From Candidatus Omnitrophota bacterium (GTDB lineage: Bacteria; Omnitrophota; Omnitrophia; Omnitrophales; Aquincolibacteriaceae): DNA of 64,000 nt. Positions 41,998-52,131 of this stretch are shown here, in pieces. Position numbers and translations under genes: made by a program. The stretch's first letter is position 1. Each line of letters starts with the position of its first letter. Under the pieces are notes generated by a model. That model saw only the letters and a list, made by a program, of their open reading frames with translations, did no database searches and was not told the origin of the DNA. Where the stretch lies: contig JAKLFP010000010.1 in NCBI GenBank assembly GCA_022711115.1, forward strand, positions 14,330 through 78,329. The letters are read 5' to 3'.

Positions 41998-43581
41998 ATG
42001 ACTGACACCGGGGAAAAGGGAAAATCCGAGAACGAATTTGTTGTCAAGGCAAGCCGGATCTTGCTGGCCAAACGCTGGCAGGTGCTCCGTCTGATCACGC
42101 AGGTCCAGGACTATTCCCGCTATATGCCCAACGTGAAAGAGTGTAAGGTCTTGAGCCGCAATCGCAATCGCGTCGTGACTCTTTGGAAAGTCGAGATGGG
42201 GAGGATCCCGATCTCCTGGCAAGAAGAAGATACCTTGGACTTCCGGGATTTCCAAATTCACTTCAAAACCATCGATGGGGATCTGGAGAAATTCGAGGGC
42301 TATTGGAAACTCCAGGAGCATCCTTCGGGAGGTACCGAGGTTTTTGTGGAAGCGACCATCCGTCTGGGCATTCCCATCGTTGAAAATATTGTCGGGGGTA
42401 TGGTCGCGGAACGGGTCAAAAAGAATTTAGAAGCCATCCTCCGGGCTTTCGAAGAAGCCCTCACGGCCCGCCGTTATCAAAAAATCCGTTCCCGAGGCAG
42501 TCATGATATCAAAGGTTTTGGGGTGATCGGTCATCCTTACAATTTGAAGCATCTTGTCCAATACCTTAAATCCTTCAATCCGGCAATGCGGGTCCCGTCG
42601 CCGGAATTTCTTTCGAAAGTTTTTGAATTGATGCCGTCTTATGTGACGCATGAAATTAAAAAGTTCCAGGCGGCGAGCGGGAAAAATGTCCATGGCTCTT
42701 TCATCATGTGCAATATCATTCCCGATATGCTGGATAAGGATATCGAGCAAGTCGTCCGCAAAGTAGTGGAATCCTGCAAGGTGGCGGAAAAACTCGGCCT
42801 GGGCATCGTTGCGCTCGGAGGGTTTACTTCGATTGCGGGTGAAAAATACGGCGATCAGTTTCGACAACTTATCAATGTCCCGGTGACAACCGGGAACACC
42901 CTGACGGCTGCCATGGCGGTCGAAGGTGTCTTGAAAGCGGCGCGTTTGCGGGGTTTAGATCTTTCCCAAGCCAAGGTGACTGTGATCGGGGGCGTTGGCG
43001 ATATCGGAAGTGCCTGTGCTCGTTCTTTTGCGCGCAAAGTTAAAGAGATAACCATTACAAGCCGGAGTGCCGAACATCTTGAAAAAGCCCGCTTCATGCT
43101 GGACGGTTTTCCCGCTAAATTTTCCGGCAGTCACGACAATAATGCGGCCGTGCGGGATGCGGACATCGTCATTGCCGCCGCGAGCGCGTCGCAATCGATT
43201 GTGGAGATCTCCAGTTTTAAGTCAGGGGCCATTGTGTGCGATATCGGCTATCCAAAAAACATCGCTTACGCCGATACGGATCGAGAGGACATTCTTATTT
43301 TTGCGGGCGGGATTTGTTCCTTGCCGCAGGAATTGAATTCGGGTTTTGATATCGGTCTGCCTTCTTCCAAGGTACTCTACGGCTGTTTCTCGGAGGCCAT
43401 TGTCCTTTCCCTGGAAGAGCGTTACGAGAATTATTCGTGGGGAAAAGGCAATATCACCGAGGAAAAGATGGCGGAGATCCTTGCCATGGCCCGCAGGCAC
43501 GGTTTTGAGCTGGCGCCCTTTTTCTGGGGGCACCGGCAATTGAGCGACGAAGAGATTCAGGCCATTAAGGTAAAATCATGA
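41998..43581 (+). CDS. SRPBCC (polyketide-cyclase/START-like) domain fused to an acyl-ACP reductase (AAR)-like NAD(P)H-dependent domain
   Basis: N-terminal 140 aa has a Polyketide_cyc2-like pattern. C-terminal about 340 aa shares a run of motifs with cyanobacterial AAR as I recall it: GVIGH, ALGGFTSI, TTGNT, VIGGVGDIGSA, DIGYPKN, YGCFSEA and YSWGKGNITEEKMAEILAMARRHGF. No search was run. Confidence 0.65.
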   Translation: MTDTGEKGKSENEFVVKASRILLAKRWQVLRLITQVQDYSRYMPNVKECKVLSRNRNRVVTLWKVEMGRIPISWQEEDTLDFRDFQIHFKTIDGDLEKFEGYWKLQEHPSGGTEVFVEATIRLGIPIVENIVGGMVAERVKKNLEAILRAFEEALTARRYQKIRSRGSHDIKGFGVIGHPYNLKHLVQYLKSFNPAMRVPSPEFLSKVFELMPSYVTHEIKKFQAASGKNVHGSFIMCNIIPDMLDKDIEQVVRKVVESCKVAEKLGLGIVALGGFTSIAGEKYGDQFRQLINVPVTTGNTLTAAMAVEGVLKAARLRGLDLSQAKVTVIGGVGDIGSACARSFARKVKEITITSRSAEHLEKARFMLDGFPAKFSGSHDNNAAVRDADIVIAAASASQSIVEISSFKSGAIVCDIGYPKNIAYADTDREDILIFAGGICSLPQELNSGFDIGLPSSKVLYGCFSEAIVLSLEERYENYSWGKGNITEEKMAEILAMARRHGFELAPFFWGHRQLSDEEIQAIKVKS

Positions 43582-43691
43582 GACTGTTAGCCAATGGCTT
43601 ATCGCCTATAGCCCATAGCACGTAGCCGCCAATCGCCTCAATCTTTGACTAGAGTCTATAGGCTAGGAGCTAAGATCGAGAGTCTGATCTT

Positions 43692-46157
43692 ATGACAAAC
43701 ATCATGCATGTTTTTGAACTCAACTTCTATGCCGTGCCCCTTGTCGTGGTCGGGCTTCTGATGTTTCTGACCGGGCTTTACATTTTTCTCCACAACAAAC
43801 ACTCCCGCGCGAACTTCTCCTTTTTCCTGATCTGCCTTTGCGGTCTTTTTTGGTTTTTCGGAAATGCCGCGACCTATTCGGCGCGCACGCCGGAAGCCGC
43901 GCTCGCTTTTTACAGGGCGGTCACGTTTTTGGGCGTGGCCCTGATCGCGCCCTGTGTTTATTATTTTTCCGCAAGCTGGTTGAATCTTTTTGATAAGCAA
44001 AAGGCCGGCGTGCGGACCGCGCTTTTCTTGGGGGCTGCTTTTTATATTGTAGGGCTTTTTTCTCCAAGAAGTTTCCCCGGCGTCCGGCATTATTTTTGGG
44101 GCTACTATCCGGTCTATGGGCCGCTGAATTACTATTTTCTCGGCTATTTTTATCTGGTGCTGGCCAATGCGTTCTATAATTTTTTCAGGGCCTATTTCAA
44201 AGAACCGCGGGGTGTTCGCCGTACCCAGATCCGATTGATCACGCTCAGCTTTGTGGTGGCCTTTTTCAGCTCGCTTGATTATCTGCCGAAGCTGCTCTCT
44301 TATCCGGTTTATCCGCTGGGTTTTCTCCTCGTCTTTTTGTGGATCCTGATCGTGGCCTACGCCATCATCAAATACAGGGCCATGGATATCGAAACCGTGG
44401 TCCACAAGACCTTGATGTGGCTGGCCACCTCGGCGGTGGCGGTGGTGCCGTTCCTGGCAGTGATCTACGGGTTTGAAAAGATCCGGAATCCTTCCTCGAA
44501 CTTGCTTTCGACACTTTATTATTTTACGGTTTCGATCGCTTTTTATTTTTATTTCCGGGCCATCCAGCCGCGGCTGGACCATTGGTTCCAGCGCCGGCGC
44601 ACGAACCTGCTGGCGATTCTTGAGCAATTCTCCAAGGAGCTCGTGCATTTGAAGAACCTGCGCGACCTTCTGCAAAACTTCGCCCGCATGCTCCGGAACA
44701 AACTTTTTGTCCGCAGGCTTTCGGTCTACCTGTTGGATGAGAAAAAAGGGGAGTTTGTTCCCGCGATCGCCAAGGGGCTGCGCAGCTTAAAACCCTTTCC
44801 CAAGGGGCATCCCTTTTTTTCGTGGCTCGAGAAAACGGATGCCGTGGTGGTTGGGGAACTTGTGCTGGCGGATCCCTCCGTCGAAACGTTCAAAAAAGAA
44901 TTAGAAGATTATTTTCAGGCAACCCAATCCTTTTTAAGCGTGCCCTTTGTGCTCGGCGGGAAATTGATCGCCCTAGCGAACCTCGGCAAAAAAGCAAATC
45001 TGCGCCGGTATGGTTTTGAAGAAGTCCAATTTTTCGCCAAACTGAAAGCGCCGCTTACCATTGCCTTTTCGAATTCCATGCAGTTTGAGAATATTTCCGA
45101 ACTTTACAACCAGGTCCGCAAGATGAGCGAAGAACTGAAGCAATGGAACATCGAGCTGGAACAGCGCGTGGAAGATCGGACGCGCGAGTTGGTGAAAACC
45201 CAGGACCAGCTAGTGCAGGCCGAAAAACTCGCGACGCTCGGCACGCTTGCCGGCGGCGTGGCGCATGAGATCAACAATCCCTTGACGGCAGTTCTGACCA
45301 ACGCGCAGATCCTCAAAATGACGGCGGACGAAGATGTCCGGGAATCGCTGGACCTGATCGAGGAGGGCGCGAAGCGGTGCCAGCAGATCGTCCAAAAGCT
45401 CATGAAATACGCGCGTAAGACCGCGGAAGAGGCGCCGCACAAGGAAGTGGATCTGAATGAAGTGGTGCAAGGGACGTGCGCGCTTCTGGGGTTTCAATTT
45501 CAGCAAGAGAATATCGAGATTGAGACCAAGCTGGGCCAGATCCGCCGCGTGATGGGAATCGGCAATGAGCTGGAGCAGGTGCTTACGAACCTTCTTGTGA
45601 ACGCCCGGGATGCCATTAAGTCCAATCCTCAATCAAAAGATTTAAAGGTTAATGGGACTAGTCCTGGCAACCTTCAGTCAGAAGAAGATAGATGCCAGGG
45701 CAAATCCCATTCTCCATCAAAAGATTTAAAGGTTAATGGGACTAGTCCTGGCAACCTTCAGTCAGAAGAAGATAGATGCCAGGGCAAATCCCATTCTCCA
45801 TCAAAAGATTTAAAGGTTAATGGGACTAGCCCTGGCAACCTTCAGTCAGAAGAAGATAGATGCCAGGGCAAGTCTGCAAGAAGCCAAGGCCGGATTGTGG
45901 TCGAAACCCGCGGGAAGGGAGCCATGGTGGAACTTGTGGTCACGGACAACGGCATCGGTATTCCCAAAGGAAACCTCAAAAAGATCTTCGATCCCTTTTT
46001 TACGACCAAAGAGGTCGGTTCCGGTACTGGGTTGGGGCTTGCGGTCAGTTACGGCATCCTGAAGCGGCATAATGCTTCCGTGAGCGTTGATTCTTCGCCC
46101 GGCAAAGGTACTACCTTTGTGCTTTGCTTTCCCCGAAAGCAACAAGGTGAATCATGA
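43692..46157 (+). CDS. sensor histidine kinase (7TM N-terminal sensor, GAF-like, HisKA, HATPase_c) carrying an in-frame 3x28-aa repeat insertion
   Basis: 7 TM helices N-terminally; H-box [13 protein letters not shown]; N-box [10 protein letters not shown]; G-boxes DNGIGIP and GSGTGLGL. Three copies of [28 protein letters not shown] lie between the N box and G1 box. Confidence 0.85.
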   Translation: MTNIMHVFELNFYAVPLVVVGLLMFLTGLYIFLHNKHSRANFSFFLICLCGLFWFFGNAATYSARTPEAALAFYRAVTFLGVALIAPCVYYFSASWLNLFDKQKAGVRTALFLGAAFYIVGLFSPRSFPGVRHYFWGYYPVYGPLNYYFLGYFYLVLANAFYNFFRAYFKEPRGVRRTQIRLITLSFVVAFFSSLDYLPKLLSYPVYPLGFLLVFLWILIVAYAIIKYRAMDIETVVHKTLMWLATSAVAVVPFLAVIYGFEKIRNPSSNLLSTLYYFTVSIAFYFYFRAIQPRLDHWFQRRRTNLLAILEQFSKELVHLKNLRDLLQNFARMLRNKLFVRRLSVYLLDEKKGEFVPAIAKGLRSLKPFPKGHPFFSWLEKTDAVVVGELVLADPSVETFKKELEDYFQATQSFLSVPFVLGGKLIALANLGKKANLRRYGFEEVQFFAKLKAPLTIAFSNSMQFENISELYNQVRKMSEELKQWNIELEQRVEDRTRELVKTQDQLVQAEKLATLGTLAGGVAHEINNPLTAVLTNAQILKMTADEDVRESLDLIEEGAKRCQQIVQKLMKYARKTAEEAPHKEVDLNEVVQGTCALLGFQFQQENIEIETKLGQIRRVMGIGNELEQVLTNLLVNARDAIKSNPQSKDLKVNGTSPGNLQSEEDRCQGKSHSPSKDLKVNGTSPGNLQSEEDRCQGKSHSPSKDLKVNGTSPGNLQSEEDRCQGKSARSQGRIVVETRGKGAMVELVVTDNGIGIPKGNLKKIFDPFFTTKEVGSGTGLGLAVSYGILKRHNASVSVDSSPGKGTTFVLCFPRKQQGES
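45633..45884 (+). repeat. 3 x 84-bp near-perfect in-frame tandem repeat inside the kinase ATP-binding domain
   Basis: Units start at about 45633, 45717 and 45801. A single T/C difference (actagtcct vs actagccct) separates copy 3 from copies 1-2. Confidence 0.9.
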
Positions 46158-46199
46158 AATGTCCTAGTGTTCAATTGGGATTTCATGTCCAATTCGCCA

Positions 46200-46255
46200 T
46201 TAAAAATTCAAAGGTTAATTGGACTAGCCCTGGTGACCTTCAGTTAGATGAAAAA
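46200..46255 (+). repeat. diverged partial copy of the 84-bp repeat unit in the intergenic region
   Basis: caaaggttaattggactagccctggtgaccttcagttagatg aligns to the intragenic unit aaaggttaatgggactagtcctggcaaccttcagtcagaag at about 80 percent identity. Confidence 0.6.
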
Positions 46256-46319
46256 AAACAGGGGCATAACACTACCTTCACGCTCCGGTTTCCTGCGGCT
46301 CATTCATCCACCCAAAAGT

Positions 46320-47807
46320 ATGAATCCGTATAATTTTTCCATTTTGTGCTTTGGTTTTTGTTCCCTCCTCTTGGGACTTTTTGTCTGGCTCAAACGGCAG
46401 GATCGTGTCGGCCAATTGTATTTTGTGTTGTCTTTTTTTTATGCTGGTTGGGCGCTGCCATTTTCTATAAAAATCAGTGATAATATTTCCTATGCTGCGG
46501 CGTTATACGCAGCACGCATGGCGAATTGTTCCGCGGCATTTATCCCAACTGTTTGGCTTCATTTTTGTTTGGTTTATACCAAAAGAGATGAAACCCATAA
46601 AAAAATACTTAAACTTTTTTACGCAATACCGCTGCTCATTCTTGCTGTTTCTTTTACACCGTGGTTTGTCCCGGGGCTCAGACCTATTCTCAGTTTTAGA
46701 CACTATGCAACCCCGGGTATTTTTTATTATTTGATGACATTGAATTATTTTATAGTTATTCCGCTGGGCTTTAACCAGTTATTTGACAAGATGAAAGAGG
46801 TTTCAAGAGAAGAAAGGGAACAACTTTTAGGACTTTTTTTCTCGGCCTTTATTGGCTATTTGGGAGGCGCCTTAACTTTTTTGCCGATCTATGGCATTTC
46901 ATTCCCTCAAGAAGGTATGTTTCTGTTGCCGATTTATCCCTTTGCTCTGACGTACTTTATGATTAAGCAGAAGATCTTCGACATCGAGGAGTTGGCCCAG
47001 GCGGCTCATCGGGACAAGTTAACAGCGATCGGGGTTTTGGCGGCGAGCATCAATCATGAGATCAAAAATCCGCTTTTTATTATCAAGGGACTCGCGGAGA
47101 ATTGTCTGGAGCGGCAAAAGGAAGGTGTTTTTTCCAATAAAGAAAAAGCCCTGGAGAGCGCCAACGACGCGATGAAAAGGAGCGTCGAGCAAGCGGACCG
47201 GGCGATGGATATCATCCGTAGGTTGTCGCTTTTTGCCAAGGCCGGGATCGACAGTGAGATCAAATTCGAGTTTGTGAAGATCGCGGAAGTGCTTGAAAAT
47301 ATTTTGCCGCTGATCCGTTATGAACTAGCAGCGAAAAATATCGTACTGACCCGTGACATTCCGCCCAATATTCCCGAAGTCCGCGCGGACCGGCGTTATC
47401 TTGAGGAGATTCTTTTCAACCTGCTAGTGAATGCCTGCCAGGCTGTCAGGGAAACCGGACGGGAAGGGGAGATCAAAGTGACCGCGGCCGTCATTGCGAG
47501 GGAACGAAGCGACCGAAGCAATCTCCCAATTCCGGACCTTAATAAAACGGGATCGCTGCGGCCCAAAAATGGCCTCGTGATGACAACTCCTGACAAGGTC
47601 CTTATCACGATCCAGGACAACGGCCCCGGGATCCCTGAAGATAAAATCAAAGACGTTTTCCGCCCCTTTTACACCACCAAAGCCGAGGGCACCGGTCTAG
47701 GTCTTTACATCACCAAACAGCTTGTTGAAAAAATCGGTGGACGGATATCTGTTGAGTCCCAGCAAGGCATTGGCACGACTTTTAAAGTTATCCTGAAGGC
47801 AGCCTGA
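46320..47807 (+). CDS. sensor histidine kinase (7TM N-terminal sensor, HisKA, HATPase_c), paralog
   Basis: Start set at MNPYNFSILCFGF by analogy with the next paralog. H-box LAASINHEIKNPL; G-boxes DNGPGIP and GTGLGLYI. Confidence 0.85.
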   Translation: MNPYNFSILCFGFCSLLLGLFVWLKRQDRVGQLYFVLSFFYAGWALPFSIKISDNISYAAALYAARMANCSAAFIPTVWLHFCLVYTKRDETHKKILKLFYAIPLLILAVSFTPWFVPGLRPILSFRHYATPGIFYYLMTLNYFIVIPLGFNQLFDKMKEVSREEREQLLGLFFSAFIGYLGGALTFLPIYGISFPQEGMFLLPIYPFALTYFMIKQKIFDIEELAQAAHRDKLTAIGVLAASINHEIKNPLFIIKGLAENCLERQKEGVFSNKEKALESANDAMKRSVEQADRAMDIIRRLSLFAKAGIDSEIKFEFVKIAEVLENILPLIRYELAAKNIVLTRDIPPNIPEVRADRRYLEEILFNLLVNACQAVRETGREGEIKVTAAVIARERSDRSNLPIPDLNKTGSLRPKNGLVMTTPDKVLITIQDNGPGIPEDKIKDVFRPFYTTKAEGTGLGLYITKQLVEKIGGRISVESQQGIGTTFKVILKAA

Positions 47808-47810
47808 GCC

Positions 47811-49187
47811 ATGAATCCGTATAACTTCTCAGTCCTGTGTTTCGGTTTTTGCAGTTTGCTTCTCGGAATTTTCGTTTGGCTTAAGCGGCAAGATTATGTT
47901 GGGCGACTTTATTTTGCTTTATCCTTTTTTTATGCTGGTTGGGCAATTTTTATATCGATTAATCTTAATAATGACATTTCGCCGGACCTCGGTCTTCTTA
48001 TGGGGCGATTAGGGAATGGCTTTGCTATTTTTATTTCCATTATTTGGTATCATTTTGTTTTGGTTTATACAGGATTTATTGAAAAACATTACAAGTTGGT
48101 GAAGTTTTTTTACATCATCTCGATACTAACATTTTGTTTTGTGTTTTCACCTTGGTTTATTCCAAAGACAGCAACTATAGTTGGTTTTAAGCATTACTCG
48201 CAAGCTGGACCAATCCATTATTTTTTTTCATTCTTATTTTTCATTCTAGTCACACTAAGTTTTATTGAATTGCACCGGAAAATAAAGAACTCTTTCGGAT
48301 ATGAAAGAGCGCAATTCAAAGGACTTTTTTGGACAGCCCTTTTGGGGTATCTCGGAGGGAGTCCGGCTTTTCTTCCGATTTATGGGATTCCCATGCCCCA
48401 ATATTGTCTCTTTTTAATGCCCCTTTATCCATTCATGTTGGCTTACTTCATGACCAAACAAAAACTCTTCGATGTGGCGGAATTGGCCCAAGCGGCGCAT
48501 AGGGATAAACTTTCGGCAATTGGTTTATTGGCAGCCAGTATAAATCACGAGGTCAAAAATCCATTATTTGTCATTAAAGGCATGACAGAAACACAGTTGG
48601 AACGTTTGCATGACCCGACGCAGTCAACAGAAAAGTTAAGAGAAATGCTAGAAAAAACCCTTCAGCAGGCGGATCGGGCGCTTGGAATTATTCGAAGCTT
48701 TTCTGAGTATGCAAAAAGGCAAAGCTCGCGAACATTCGATAAACAAATGCTCGATATTCGAGAAGTTATTGACAATATTATTCCGTTTGTGCGCAGCGAG
48801 TTGGCTTTGGACTCTATTCACCTAGAGTTGAATATACCGGCAAAAACCATGATCTGTGCGGACCAGCAATCCATGGAAGAAATCTTTCTGAATTTAATCG
48901 TGAATGCCTGCCAGGCGATAAAAAGCACTAATAAAACGGGTGAGATTGAGATTTCATCAGAGAAAGAAGATCCGTGGATCAGGATTGCAGTGCGAGATAC
49001 CGGGCCGGGATTGTCACAGGATCAGCTTTCAAGGATCTTTGAGCCATTTTACACAACAAAAGTATCAGGGACAGGCCTTGGACTTTATGTGGTCAAGCAG
49101 CTTGTCGAGAAAAATCAAGGCAGGATTGAGGTAGTTTCAAAGATCGGCGTTGGGACCACCTTTACCCTTATCTTTTCGCAACACTAG
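47811..49187 (+). CDS. sensor histidine kinase (7TM N-terminal sensor, HisKA, HATPase_c), tandem paralog
   Basis: MNPYNFSVLCFGFCSLLLGIFVWLKRQ is almost identical to the N-terminus of the preceding gene. H-box LAASINHEVKNPL. Noticeably lower GC than the upstream paralog. Confidence 0.85.
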   Translation: MNPYNFSVLCFGFCSLLLGIFVWLKRQDYVGRLYFALSFFYAGWAIFISINLNNDISPDLGLLMGRLGNGFAIFISIIWYHFVLVYTGFIEKHYKLVKFFYIISILTFCFVFSPWFIPKTATIVGFKHYSQAGPIHYFFSFLFFILVTLSFIELHRKIKNSFGYERAQFKGLFWTALLGYLGGSPAFLPIYGIPMPQYCLFLMPLYPFMLAYFMTKQKLFDVAELAQAAHRDKLSAIGLLAASINHEVKNPLFVIKGMTETQLERLHDPTQSTEKLREMLEKTLQQADRALGIIRSFSEYAKRQSSRTFDKQMLDIREVIDNIIPFVRSELALDSIHLELNIPAKTMICADQQSMEEIFLNLIVNACQAIKSTNKTGEIEISSEKEDPWIRIAVRDTGPGLSQDQLSRIFEPFYTTKVSGTGLGLYVVKQLVEKNQGRIEVVSKIGVGTTFTLIFSQH

Positions 49188-49352
49188 TTAATTCAATGGG
49201 TTATAGGACTTTTCTTTAAGGGATGGCTCTATTTAGCCGATATAACACTAGTGAGTTTTGTTTAATTTGGTGTGCTGACGATACAATCAACAAGAGAAGT
49301 TATTTAACATTTCGTTTAAAAAACCTTTGATAAATTACAATTTAAAAACAAT

Positions 49353-50180
49353 ATGTTGTTCGAAAATATGAAAACAGCCATAGAGGATTTTTTTTATAAA
49401 AAAGTTATTCGCAATATATTAATGCTCAGCAATTTTGGGCGACGTAGCGTTTTAGGAGAAGCTGCTTCGGGTTATAATTTTGACTATATGTATGAAAATA
49501 AACCGCACGGTTTTTTAGGAATAGGATATTTAATTGATAAAATGTTGCTTAATTTACCAGCTGTTCAAGCAACCAGACTCCGGCGTGTAAATATTGTCAA
49601 AATTGTAAGCAACGAGATCGAAAACCATAGGTTACAAGGAAAAACAACGAAAATTTTAGATTTAGCATGTGGCGCAGGCCGATATCTGTCAGATATTGTA
49701 AAGATTTTTTCCAAGAATAAGATAGAGATTGTAGGAATTGATTACGATAATAAATCATTAAAATTAGCTAAAAATCTCAGTGAAAAAGAAGGTATCTCAA
49801 AGGAACAAATCAGATTTGTTAAAGGGAATGTCTTTAGGCTGAGTATTCTAAAAAAATTGGGAAAACGAGTTGATTGGCGACCTAACATTGTTATTGCATC
49901 AGGGCTGACCGTTTATATTGATGATGATGAAGTGATAAATATGCTAAAACAAATTTATGAAGGGTTAGCTCACGATGGATGCATATTAATCGATAGCCAG
50001 GAAAGCAATCCAAGTCGCAAGTTGATGGAAAAGGTTTTAAAGACCAAGCAAGGAGCTTGGATTCTTTACTATAGGTCTCCAGCACAATGGCGGCATTGGT
50101 TACATAAATGTGGGTTCAGAGATATCGTTATTAGTTGTGATCAATGGAAAATGTACAACCTATGTTCAGCGCGAAAATGA
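49353..50180 (+). CDS. class I SAM-dependent methyltransferase
   Basis: Motif I ILDLACGAGRYL plus downstream acidic and IASG motifs. Low-GC gene. Confidence 0.7.
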   Translation: MLFENMKTAIEDFFYKKVIRNILMLSNFGRRSVLGEAASGYNFDYMYENKPHGFLGIGYLIDKMLLNLPAVQATRLRRVNIVKIVSNEIENHRLQGKTTKILDLACGAGRYLSDIVKIFSKNKIEIVGIDYDNKSLKLAKNLSEKEGISKEQIRFVKGNVFRLSILKKLGKRVDWRPNIVIASGLTVYIDDDEVINMLKQIYEGLAHDGCILIDSQESNPSRKLMEKVLKTKQGAWILYYRSPAQWRHWLHKCGFRDIVISCDQWKMYNLCSARK

Positions 50181-50554
50181 TGGCAGTATCAAAACCAACA
50201 ATTTTATTAATAGATGATGATCAATTGGTGTTGCGCTCCTTGGCAAAAGCCTTGGAAAAGGCTGGTTATAATGTGTTAGCAGTAGATGGGTACGATACAG
50301 CGATGGCTGCCATTCATGATAAAAATTTTGACTTAGTTTTGTCGGATATTCGTATGCCAGGAAAGAACGGTGTTGATACTGCGAAAGAAATCCAAGATAG
50401 TTTAATTGCAAATGGTAAGAAAGATTTACCGATTATATTTATAACGGGCTATAGTGGCGATGAAGAAAAGTTGCAGACGCCTTTATTGGGAGAAACATTA
50501 TACAAACCTGTAGATATAAATCGTTTACTAACTATAATTCGGGATTATCTATGA
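50177..50554 (+). CDS. single-domain response regulator (CheY-like receiver)
   Basis: ILLIDDDQLVLRSL...LVLSDIRMPGKNG...K. Start moved to the ATG overlapping the methyltransferase stop (ATGA). Confidence 0.8.
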   Translation: MMAVSKPTILLIDDDQLVLRSLAKALEKAGYNVLAVDGYDTAMAAIHDKNFDLVLSDIRMPGKNGVDTAKEIQDSLIANGKKDLPIIFITGYSGDEEKLQTPLLGETLYKPVDINRLLTIIRDYL

Positions 50555-51798
50555 AAAATCGGGTTGCTGTTACAGGAATAGGCATTGTGAGTCCCATCGG
50601 AATTGGGATTGATAATTTTTGGAAGGCGACAATTTCTGGTGAATCTGGAGCAGGAGAAATTACATTATTTGACGCGTGTAATTATGCTACAAAAATTGCG
50701 GCAGAAGTGAAGAATTTTAATCCAGCGGACTTTATGCTTCCGGAAGTTTACAGAAAAACTGATAGGTTTGCTCAATTTGGAGTTGCTGCTGCAAAAATGG
50801 CTATTGAGGAATCAAGATTAGAAGGAGCTTATGATCTGCAACAGAATCGCATACCAGTTATTATTGGCTCAGGGTTAGGTGGAAGTTTATTTCATGAGGA
50901 ACAAATTTTTCAATTGATTGGGACTCAAGAGCCAAAAAAAGTGCTTTCGAGCTCTGTTCCCCGAATTACTCCAAATGCCGTATCAGCGTTTATTGCCATG
51001 CAATATAAATTTCGCGGAACTAATTTGACTATTTCAACGGCATGTTCTTCAGCAGGGAATGCGATTGCCTTGGCTGCCCAACAGATTGAAAATGGAAAAA
51101 CGGATATTGTGATTACAGGGGGAGTAGAATGTCCCATAACCCCCTTTACTTATGCAGCCTATCAATCTCTTCGGGTATTATCAAAGGGCTTACAAGGGGC
51201 CAAGAAGGCGTCTCGGCCGTTTGATAAAAAAAGAGATGGCTTTGTGTTAGGAGAAGGTGCTGGCATTTTAGTGTTGGAGAACTATGAAAAAGCGTGTTCA
51301 AGAAAAGCTATTATTCATGCCGAACTAAAAGGTTATGGAAGTAATTGTGGCGCTTTTCATATGGCTGCACCTGATCCTAGTGGAGCAGATGCAGCCGCAG
51401 TTATGCGTGAAGCTATAATGCATGCTGGGATTTCAACAGTAGAAATTGACTATATTAATGCACATGGGACAGCTACTCAAGCGAATGATGTATGTGAAGC
51501 AAAAGCTATTAATATGGTTTTTGAAGAAGGTGGGAAAAAACCTTTTGTTAGTAGCACAAAATCTCAAATAGGTCATACGATAGGAGGTGCAGGAGCAATA
51601 GGTGCTATTGCGGCTATTTTGGCTGTCAAAAATGATATTATTCCTCCTAATATTAATTGTGATGAGTTAGATGACCAATGCAATATTAATGTGGTTCAAG
51701 AAAAAGCGTTGCACGCTCGTACGATCAATGCCATTTCAAATTCTTTTGGTTTCGGATCTAATAATACGGCCTTAGTTTTTGGAAAAGCGGAATACTAA
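50551..51798 (+). CDS. beta-ketoacyl-ACP synthase II-like condensing enzyme (KAS, FabF/FabB type)
   Basis: Active-site TACSS Cys, plus His motifs NAHGTAT and GHTIGGAGA; 415 aa. Confidence 0.88.
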   Translation: MKNRVAVTGIGIVSPIGIGIDNFWKATISGESGAGEITLFDACNYATKIAAEVKNFNPADFMLPEVYRKTDRFAQFGVAAAKMAIEESRLEGAYDLQQNRIPVIIGSGLGGSLFHEEQIFQLIGTQEPKKVLSSSVPRITPNAVSAFIAMQYKFRGTNLTISTACSSAGNAIALAAQQIENGKTDIVITGGVECPITPFTYAAYQSLRVLSKGLQGAKKASRPFDKKRDGFVLGEGAGILVLENYEKACSRKAIIHAELKGYGSNCGAFHMAAPDPSGADAAAVMREAIMHAGISTVEIDYINAHGTATQANDVCEAKAINMVFEEGGKKPFVSSTKSQIGHTIGGAGAIGAIAAILAVKNDIIPPNINCDELDDQCNINVVQEKALHARTINAISNSFGFGSNNTALVFGKAEY

Positions 51799-51826
51799 AA
51801 TCATGAATGTGAAGGGAGTTACGATT

Positions 51827-52108
51827 ATGACGGATTCACTGCAAAGAAAAGAAATTTTACAAAGACTGGAAAAAATTTTTAGTAACCTTTTGCGATCAAT
51901 GCAGGAAAAAGATCTTAAAAAGCGTCCTATTATTTCTTTTGATACTGACATAGCAAAGGATCTTTCAATTGATTCTGTAGAAACACTCGATTTACTCAAT
52001 AGCATAGAAGAGGAATTTGAAGTGAGTCCTGATTTACATGTAGCTAACACAAAGCGGAAAGTCGGCCAGATTGTTGATTACATAATAGAATTGCAAGAGC
52101 AAAAATAA
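51827..52108 (+). CDS. acyl carrier protein (dedicated, ACP-like)
   Basis: DLSIDSVETLDLLNSIEEEF phosphopantetheine-attachment Ser in a DSxE context. Start chosen at the ATG preceded by a GAAGGGAG RBS. Confidence 0.7.
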   Translation: MTDSLQRKEILQRLEKIFSNLLRSMQEKDLKKRPIISFDTDIAKDLSIDSVETLDLLNSIEEEFEVSPDLHVANTKRKVGQIVDYIIELQEQK

Positions 52109-52131
52109 ATTTTGTTAAATGAGAAAATAAA

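Noticed and set aside
43656-44675. 339-aa antisense ORF overlapping the start of the first histidine kinase
   Set aside because: Highly basic and low-complexity. The sense strand encodes the well-formed 7TM sensor domain that is conserved across four paralogs.
45633-45884. Possibility that the 84-bp tandem repeats are a CRISPR array
   Set aside because: The units are directly abutting with no unique spacers between them, they lie in-frame inside a coding sequence, and there are no cas genes in the window.
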